Positions 56,350 through 64,000 of a stretch of 64,000 bases of DNA are shown here, in pieces. A program made the position numbers and the translations under genes. This DNA is from Kondoa subrosea (lineage: Eukaryota), in the NCBI GenBank assembly GCA_039545335.1, contig BCIN01000003.1, positions 1,437,941 through 1,501,940 of the forward strand. The letters run 5' to 3'. The notes beneath the pieces are model-generated. The model was not told where the DNA came from, did no database searches, and worked only from the letters and a program-made list of their open reading frames with translations. Position 1 is the stretch's first letter. The number at the start of each line of letters is the position of its first letter.

Positions 56350-57562
56350 ATGGTGAGCTTAGATTGTCATATAGAGCATCCGAGATCCTAACACAGCATG
56401 TCTAGGTGTCTTTCTCCTGCGAAGGTGCGTTGTCTCGTATCTTCGAAAAAAACCTGTCTGAAAGAAAGACCAGGCTGCGGTGATGTAGTCACTAAAGTGA
56501 GCAGTTCGTAACAAAGTGTGATTACATATTGATTCAGTCCTTCCAGCCCAAGCTCGTCAAGCACAAGAACAAGTGGTGAGCTCACCTGTACTTCAGGTGA
56601 CTTTCTCTGTCTGATTCGTCGAACAGTCATGCACCTGTCACTTGTTTAGACTGCAATGTGACTTTCCATGGCAATGAGCATGCTGGTCATACTTCTTGTT
56701 CGTCGATTCTTTGGTTGGACCACTCGTATCTAAAATATAGTATAGGCATCTCCGAAGCTCAGAAGTTCCACAAGACAGTGTTCCAAGGCGATAAACCTAA
56801 CAAGAAGGACAAGAAGAACAAGAAGGCACAAGCAGAAGTCGCTCCTGCTGCTTCGACGAGTACAGCTATGGAAGGTTCGTCTTGAGGTATCTGCGGCTGC
56901 GTTCCACGCTTATTGTTGATACAGTGGACTCTGCTCCTGCTACTGAAATGAATACGTCGGTTCCTCTTCCAGCTCTTTCAGCACCTACCCCAAATGAAGG
57001 AGAAAGCAGCTTGAAACGCAAAGCTGATGCAACTGAAGACGCTTCTGCAGCTACGGAAAGTAAGAAATCCAAGAAGAAGTCGAAGAAGGAAAAGAAAGAG
57101 CAGACCGATGTCGCTGAGGAGAAATCAGTCGAAGCAAATTCCGCAGCAGTTCCAATCCCAGTCTTTGCTAATTCACCTGTCGTCATGGCTTCTGCCGGTA
57201 TGCCTCTGCTACAATCTGCTCCTGCAGGAGAAGCTGCACCAGAGACAAATGGCAAAACAAAGAAGAAGAAAGACAAGAAGAGCAAAAAGGAAAATGCTGT
57301 TGCTAATGCAGCAAGGGAAGGTGTCCCACCAGAAGCAGGATCGATCACTAAGAAGGAAACTGTTGAAACACCTGATCTCGTTTCCCGAATCAAGACTGTC
57401 ATTACCAACACTTTAGTCATCAACGGAGTTCAGAAATCTTTAGCGGAATTGTTGGACATCGTACAGAAGGATCCTTATGTAGTAGGAACGGACGAAGATA
57501 TCGCAAAGGCTTTCATGCAGGTCAAAACAGTCAAGGGAAAGGGAATAAACTTAATGCTTTAA
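56350..57562 (+). CDS. LYAR-type C2HC zinc-finger nucleolar protein
   Basis: Spliced M|VSFSCE|ACGDVVTK|PKLVKHKNK|CHAPVTCLDCNVTF...HTSC|ISEAQKF, followed by K/E-rich tracts. Confidence 0.9.
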
Positions 57563-57602
57563 AATTACCCTTCATCATAACTAAATACAAAACCCTACAT
57601 CT

Positions 57603-58741
57603 TTATGCGAAAGCTGTTTTCACTGTCTCGCGCCAAGGCGTTGTTGGTCTTCGAATCAGTCTCGACATTGTCTTTGATTCGTCAAGCAGAGCGTTCTTGA
57701 TATGCAACAATATTAGCAAGAGGACATAGACAATGATCAAAAGATACGTACAGATCGCTCAGCTTGCATATCAGTGTCCGCAATTAGACCTGCAACGAAT
57801 TCTGGCCATCCGTACGAAGTCAAAGTCTTGACCAACTCTTCCTCCGAAAGGACTTTGTGTTGAACTGGCCTATTAGCGTGTTTACTGACTTCAGCAGCGA
57901 GCTGGTCCATATCGAAAGCTTCATCGCCAGCGCATTCGTAGATTTTGTGAAGACCGCCTCTGTAGTCCGGCGAAAGAACAGCAGCGCAGGCTTCTGCATA
58001 ATCTTGCCGAGTTGCAGCAGAAGATAGACCTCTACCGGCTAAAAGTCATTGTTAGTATGTGGCAGAGACATTAGAATACTCGCTGACCCGACAAAATGAC
58101 ACCTTGCGATTTCCAGGACTCGATTTGCATAGTGTACATTTCTGTATACCTGAATAGACGCAAATCAGGTCAAGAAAAAGTTGGTGTAGTAAAGAGTCAC
58201 TGACCATCCATTTCTGAGCATAACATAAGGTAAATCACTGGCTTTGATGAGCTCTTCACTTGCGCGATGTTCTTCAGCCATTCTGGCTTTGCTTTCAGCT
58301 GCATTGAGAATGCTGGTATAGGCGAAGAGTTTGATGGTTCCAGCTTCTTTGGCAGCATCAATGACAGCCTTGTGCTGAGCGACCCGCCGACCATTAGCGT
58401 TGCTTGAGATGAGAAGAACTCTTTCGATACCCTTCATGGCAGCAGCAAGACTATCTGCTTTGTCGAAATCGCCTTCACGGATATCAACACTCCGGCGGGT
58501 TGCGATTTCTGGAGCCTTGGTTTTGCTTTTGCATACGAAATTAGCTTGCTTCGTTTCTGACGATTGATGCGAGCTCACTCTCTGACCATGATAGCAATGT
58601 CAGTTGCTGGGACGGCATGCTTGCCCAGTAAGGTCTCCAAGACTAAGCGACCAAGTTGTCCAGAAGCGCCAGTGCTGTCAAGACTGTCAGCTGTGAACAA
58701 TGGCCATTCATTATAGCTCACATGAGAATATTAGGTGCCAT
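57603..58741 (-). CDS. NmrA-family NAD(P)H oxidoreductase, QorB/YtfG-like atypical SDR
   Basis: ITGASGQLGRLV, GIERVLLISS, RVAQHKAVIDAAK.AG...AYTS, EHRASEE, LRNGWYTE, ATRQDYAEACAAVL, IYECAGD, SRLIRRPTTP. Confidence 0.9.
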
Positions 58742-58816
58742 TTAGTTGATCTGACGTGTGCGAGGAGTGTAGAGGGGATGAAGAGTAGAAGAATAAAATA
58801 TGATCAGATAAAGAGC

Positions 58817-58824
58817 TATTTATA
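58817..58824 (-). promoter_or_regulatory. Putative TATA box (TATAAATA) upstream of the QorB-like gene
   Basis: Consensus TATAAATA on the minus strand ~75 nt upstream of the ATG at 58741, followed by a pyrimidine-rich leader. Confidence 0.45.
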
Positions 58825-59179
58825 GAACCCGATTATTAAGCATTCTTGCTGGGTAAGTCAGCAGTCGTATGTCTGCCGCGCAAAGCCGCAAGCCGCTGAC
58901 AAAGGCGCCGGCGGATTCATGCACCGCTTCAAAGCGTCGAACGAGGAAAGAGATGAGAAATGGAAGAGCCAGATTGGGAAATGCAAGAAGCAAGGCATCA
59001 CATGAAGGGCACGATCTTTCTCGAGAAAGAGAGCAATATAATCAGTCATCAGCATACACACCTGTATCGAAACAGCAGACGTTCAGTCTTGATGCGAAAG
59101 AAATGAGTTGAAAAATCATGCCCTATTTACAAGGAAACGATGGTTTTGTTACGTTATACCCTTTTTGTTAGTCAGAATT

Positions 59180-61011
59180 TCATGATCTTCTACCAAAGTG
59201 ATCACTGATGAGCTCGCTGACTTTGTTGCCAAGCTCTGTGCGCCATACAACAGAATCTATAAGTTAAAAGAAACTATGATTCGAAGTCACGCACCATCCG
59301 CTTCAGACCGACTAGCAGCCTCAGCATAGACTCTCACGCAATCCTCAGTCCCACTTGGTCTAACAAAACTTCTACCCATTTGATATTTAGCGACAATAGC
59401 ATCGATTTTCGCTTGAATGCCTTTAGGAGTAACCAATTTCCTTTCCGCATCGGCTGTAGTGAAAATACTTCGATCTTCCACTTCTACTTTAAGTAATCGG
59501 TTTGGTAAATCAGAATAAGCAGAATCCCAATCTTTTGAAACCCATTGTCGATGAACGAGGATAGCTTCGACGAGCAACATGTCTGATAAGGCGTCACCAA
59601 CAGTTTGATTGATGAGTTCTGTACAAGCGACTAATTGTTCTAGAGCGGTCTTTTGCGCTGGTGAAATTGGTTCGTGAGTTTTGAAGAGTTGAATGGCTGA
59701 TGAAGAGAAGAGAACTGTTCCATGACCGTTTGCTTCAAAGTAGACACCAACATCGTACTTTTCTGCAGCGTGATGTAGGTATTTGACACCAGTTGGCGTA
59801 CAAGTCACCGGGACTTGTAGTACTTTCTTGAGGTAAGAAGTAGAGTTTCCGTTTGCGTATGCGGTTTGGATTACACCAACTTGAACTTGCTCATCTAAAC
59901 CAGCTTGTTTCACTAAATCCATAATGTACATAGCTGCTAATCCGGCGATCTTGTCACCGTCCAGCAAGCGGAACGAAGAAGGGTCAGAAGATGCTTGATA
60001 GTAGTAAACGATCCTATCTGCATCGCCATCTAAAGAACAGTAGCGTTCGCTGCCTCCGGACTTCATTGTTACACCGGGAGGTGCTTTTTGGCCAGTCTTG
60101 ACATAATCTGCACCAGAATTGTGGTTGAGAGCTGAAGCAGAGTCAATGTTATCGTTCGTGATTGTAATGCGTGGTAGAGCATCGCCGAGGTGATTAATCA
60201 ATTTTCGTAATTTTGGTGCACCGACTCCATTGGCGCAATCGACGGTAAGATGACCGGCCAGCGGTTGTTTGGAAGAAACGAGTGTCTTGAACGCTTTGCT
60301 GAGTTTGCTGTAATAGCCTTCATCTGTTGGTTCACCATACGGGTCGGAAGAAGATTGTGTGTTGTGAGCTCGAACTAGGTAATGGAGCTGAGGAGTTGTC
60401 TTCAAGCCGGCATGGATAGTTTTGATGCTAGGGAAGCATTTGAGACCGTCTTCCAGAGCGGAAATCAAGGCTGGGCAAGAAGGTCGAGTGTCATGACCAT
60501 GAATAACCATGGAGGAAGAGGTGATATTAATACGACAAGAGGTGATCAGGTTGTCCAGCACTTGAACAAGTTCTTCGGTCGATTTGGCATTCGACAAAGC
60601 GGTAGCATGAGTTTCCCAAGATGCTTCGAGCATTTCACCTCGCGGATCAACGACCTTGACTCCATTGTCCTATTCAAGCGCGCAACAGTCAGCTATAGCA
60701 CTAGATCCAGCGAAGCGGAGTCTCACCTTTGCTGGATTATGAGAAGCTGTGACCATTACACCGATACACTTGCCCTCAAACTTCATACTCCTCAACGCTG
60801 CTAGCAGGCCAACTCTGAACATGACTGGATCCAATCTTGAGCTGTCCATACGGAATCCAGCCGTACCATAGGAGTTGACATAAGATTCGTCACGAGGGTG
60901 ATTAGCTGTAGCTTCAGATACGGCTTGTACCAGATCTGACCAAGCTGGCTGAGCTTTGATGAAGACGGGGAGACCACTGATGGAGCTTCTGCGCCTTTCG
61001 AGGTCTGTCAT
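59180..61011 (-). CDS. PCM1: Phosphoacetylglucosamine mutase
   Basis: YGTAGFR, GVMVTASHNP, GHDTRPS, TTPQLHY, DCANGVGA, SLDGDADR, YFEANGHG, RSFVRPSGTEDCVRVYAEA. Confidence 0.97.
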
Positions 61012-61100
61012 TTCGCCGAAGGTTGGCCGTAACAGGTCAAGCGGAATGTTGTTTGTATCGAACCGAGTCTCTTGACAAAATCCTAAGCAAAAAGGAGAGC

Positions 61101-62270
61101 ATGGAAGTGGTAGAGAGGGATGACCTGGAGCTACCTGCGACCAAGAGATTGCGTCTGGATGAGGATTACAGCAAGAGCGCTGCCTTACTCGATGAGCTGC
61201 CAAGTCCTTTCACTGCTGGCTTGCCCGAGACACCTGCTGTAGTACAAGATGGACCTCAATATCAACTACAATATACGCTAATGGGTCATACGAAAGGAAT
61301 CAGTGCAGTCAAGATTTCTCCTGATGGTCAAATGCTCGCTTCGAGCGGTGCCGATGGACTAGTTTTGCTGTATGATCTGGAGAAGGGCACATATATCAAG
61401 AGTCTAGAAGGTCATGCAGCTGGAGTCAATGATATTGCTTGGGTACCTGATGGAGAATTTATTTGTTCGGCAAGCGATGATCAGACAATAAGAATATGGG
61501 ATGTAGAGAGTGTGAGTTCTCTACTACTCGGCACTTTACGCGCTAATTTGACGCGAAGGGACATTGTGCACGCATCTTTCGCGGTCACACCAGTTATGTC
61601 TATTGTTTGGCTGTCAACCCTCAAGGGACGATAGTAGTGTCAGGTAGCTTTGATGAAACAATTCGTTTCTTCGACATCAAGACAGGTTCGGCCTTTCTTT
61701 GGTTTTCATTAATCTCAACTGAAATGATGTAAAGGAACGACTATTTGCACTATCCCTGCTCATTCTGATCCGGTTACGGGATTATCATTCAATTCCAACG
61801 CATCTATGCTAGCAACATCTTCTCACGATGGTCTGATCCGATTATGGGATGCATCAACTTCTCAATGTCTGAAATCTTTAGTGGAAGAAACTACCAATCC
61901 ACCAGTTTCTCACGTCAAGTTTTCACCAAATGGGAAATTCGTCCTTTCTTCTTCTTTAGATTCAACTATTCGTTTATGGAATTATTTTCAAACGGATTTG
62001 AAAGCCGTCAAAACTTATTCAGGTCATACTAATGCGAAATATTCCATTTCACCTCTTTTCCTTTGGTCTGGGAAGAATAAAAGAGCTTTGATTTGTTCTG
62101 GAAGCGAAGATGGTTCGATTTGGATGTGGGATGTCCAGACTACAAAACAAGTCTCTAAATGGAAAGCGCACGAAGATACAGTCATTGCTGTGGATATACT
62201 GGGAGATATGCTGGTCAGCGGTAGCCTGGAGAAGGACATGACTGTCAAGGTGTGGAAGCTGATCGAGTGA
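61101..62270 (+). CDS. SWD3: WD40 protein WDR5/Swd3 (COMPASS subunit)
   Basis: GHTKGISAVKISPDG, ICSASDDQTIRIWD, VSGSFDETIR, IPAHSDPVT, SSHDGLIRLWD, NPPVSHVKFSPNGKFVL, KTYSGHTNAKY, SGSEDG. Confidence 0.9.
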
Positions 62271-62511
62271 AGCATGCCTAGGGGTAAGTTCCTATGTTTG
62301 TAATGTTCACCATGCTGATCTTTCCCAATGAGGAATAGAGTGCCCGCCTTGAGTGTCCAAACTCGTAGAAATGACAATGTGATCATATGTTCCGATCAAG
62401 GTAAGTTCTCGAGATATCACTGGGTAATGCTGAGAGATTGCTAATACATGCTCTAGGGAAATGCAAATGCTATGATACAAGATCTATTATGTCTACTATG
62501 TGGATGAGACT

Positions 62512-64000
62512 TCACGAGGTCGCGTAGCGAGATCTGGCTCGCAGTGCCGCTCCATATTTGAGTAGGAGCTATATAGATACATAAGCCATTGTATGCCAGA
62601 GAATGCAAGAAGCTCACATAAAAGAGCGGAATCATCAGAATCGACAGTCCAGCCAGCAGGGAGCTGCCACCGCCGAGACCCAATTTGTGGAAGAAAGCTC
62701 GACCAAAAAGCTGCAAGATCCGTCCGTATCAGCATATAGTTGCGAGAGCGAGACACTATTCTTACAGGAAAGGCGCTAGCCATGGAAGATCGGAAGAGGT
62801 CATTGCCTGCCAAAACCGATGCTGAATACTTGGCTAAAGTCACAAGATCAGCAACCTTACGACCCGTTCCGCGAGCAAGAGCCTACTGTATGATAATGCA
62901 AGGTACATCAGAATACACTGAAAGAGTAGATAGATGCCAGGCAAGTAGAGTGCTGCTCCGATGACAGCTCCGATCCTTACTCAGAAGATCAGATCGAAGT
63001 AAATTTGCGAAACGGTAGACACACCAATGTACATCTCTTCTTGCTGTCCAGCCGAAGATGAACAATGAAATGGGAATGAAGAAGCTTGCGACCAGTCCTA
63101 GTCGAAGGTAATCTTCCAAAACCAGCCCGCCTTTCCTCTTCTCGTAGCCAACAAGCCATACTTTGTTGTACCAGACATACACCGCGAAGGTGACCGCGCC
63201 GCTAACTACGAAGCCGAGGAATGGAAGAGAGCTGATGCCAAGTGACATTCCGTAGATGTCTGAAAAGGTGAGGGGAAAGGCTTCGAACTAAAAAGATGTC
63301 AGTAATTCTGCAGAAGCTAAGGGAGAACTGACTCACCCATAAATAGAACACGCTATAAACGAGCCCAATATATACGTTACTGAACGCAACAGCAGGCTCA
63401 AAACAGAGTAGGATAGGCCGCAGTAACGACTCCTTCATGAAAGCTGCTGTACTGATGTTTGCTTCGTCAATTTCAGACTGACTTCTCAAATTGACATTGT
63501 TAGTGATTTTTCGCAAACGCTGAGCTCGACGCAGAAGGATGTTGCCCTGATGTGTTTCTGGGAGAAAGAAGAAGAGTAGTAGAAGCGCGAAGGTCGAGAG
63601 CCAAGTCAACTCATATATCGGCCACTACACAACATTGTTAGACAACAGAGTCAGTCATGCAGAAAGATGGACTGACCTGCCATCCATTGGCTTCCGCTGC
63701 AAATCCACCCACTACGGGGCCTGTGATCGGCCCCAATACAGCCTGTACATCATCGCAAAGATTAGTATAGGACGACCAGAATGAGTGTTACACTTACGCC
63801 GATCGACCAGATTCCAAGGCCAACCGACAAATTGGCCAAGCTAATGAAGTCTTGTATGCTAGCTCCGCCAGTAGCCAAAGCAGGTGACCCCACAAAGCCA
63901 GTCACTGGGAAGAAAGGGCTCAGGCATGGTGTTGTGGACAATGATCAAGCGGCTTACGAAAGCGGAATGCGAGGACAGTAGCAAAGTTCTTCGCGTATAC
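62512..64000 (-). CDS. MFS drug:H+ antiporter (DHA1 family), 3' part only (starts beyond the window)
   Basis: GSPALATGGASMQDF, GPITGPVVGGFAAEANGW.WP, FLPET, EAFP, IFGWT, YSASVLAGNDLFRS..A.AFPLFG. Confidence 0.92.

Noticed and set aside
56866..57423. Long antisense ORFs (for example here and at 60382-60804 and 16739-17218)
   Set aside because: These are shadow ORFs opposite well-supported genes, explained by codon bias.

Overview
Gene-dense, intron-rich eukaryotic DNA from a fungus, most likely a basidiomycete (inferred from ~45-60 nt GT-AG introns with CTRAC-type branch sites, microexons and basidiomycete-style protein families). I assembled about 27 spliced protein-coding genes by eye. Most are housekeeping or signalling genes: Grx4, riboflavin kinase, Cdc25-type RasGEF, Trm11, LysRS, Na+/H+ antiporter, Ost2/DAD1, Pbs2-type MAPKK, Vps28, Pcm1, WDR5/Swd3, a LYAR-type protein, SDRs, an HSL-type lipase and an MFS transporter. 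I saw no rRNA, tRNA, CRISPR array or intact transposon. The most interesting items are: (1) a bacterial-type HLD-I haloalkane dehalogenase with one intron and a C-terminal peroxisomal SKL signal, followed directly by a glyoxalase-I/VOC gene; (2) a secreted precursor in which Kex2-flanked Phe-alternating peptides are fused to an expansin/loosenin-like DPBB domain; (3) 3-, 4- and 7-nt microexons that build conserved motifs; (4) a probable dual-targeted LysRS; and (5) several orphan genes. Exon boundaries were read manually without transcript data, and no database searches were run.
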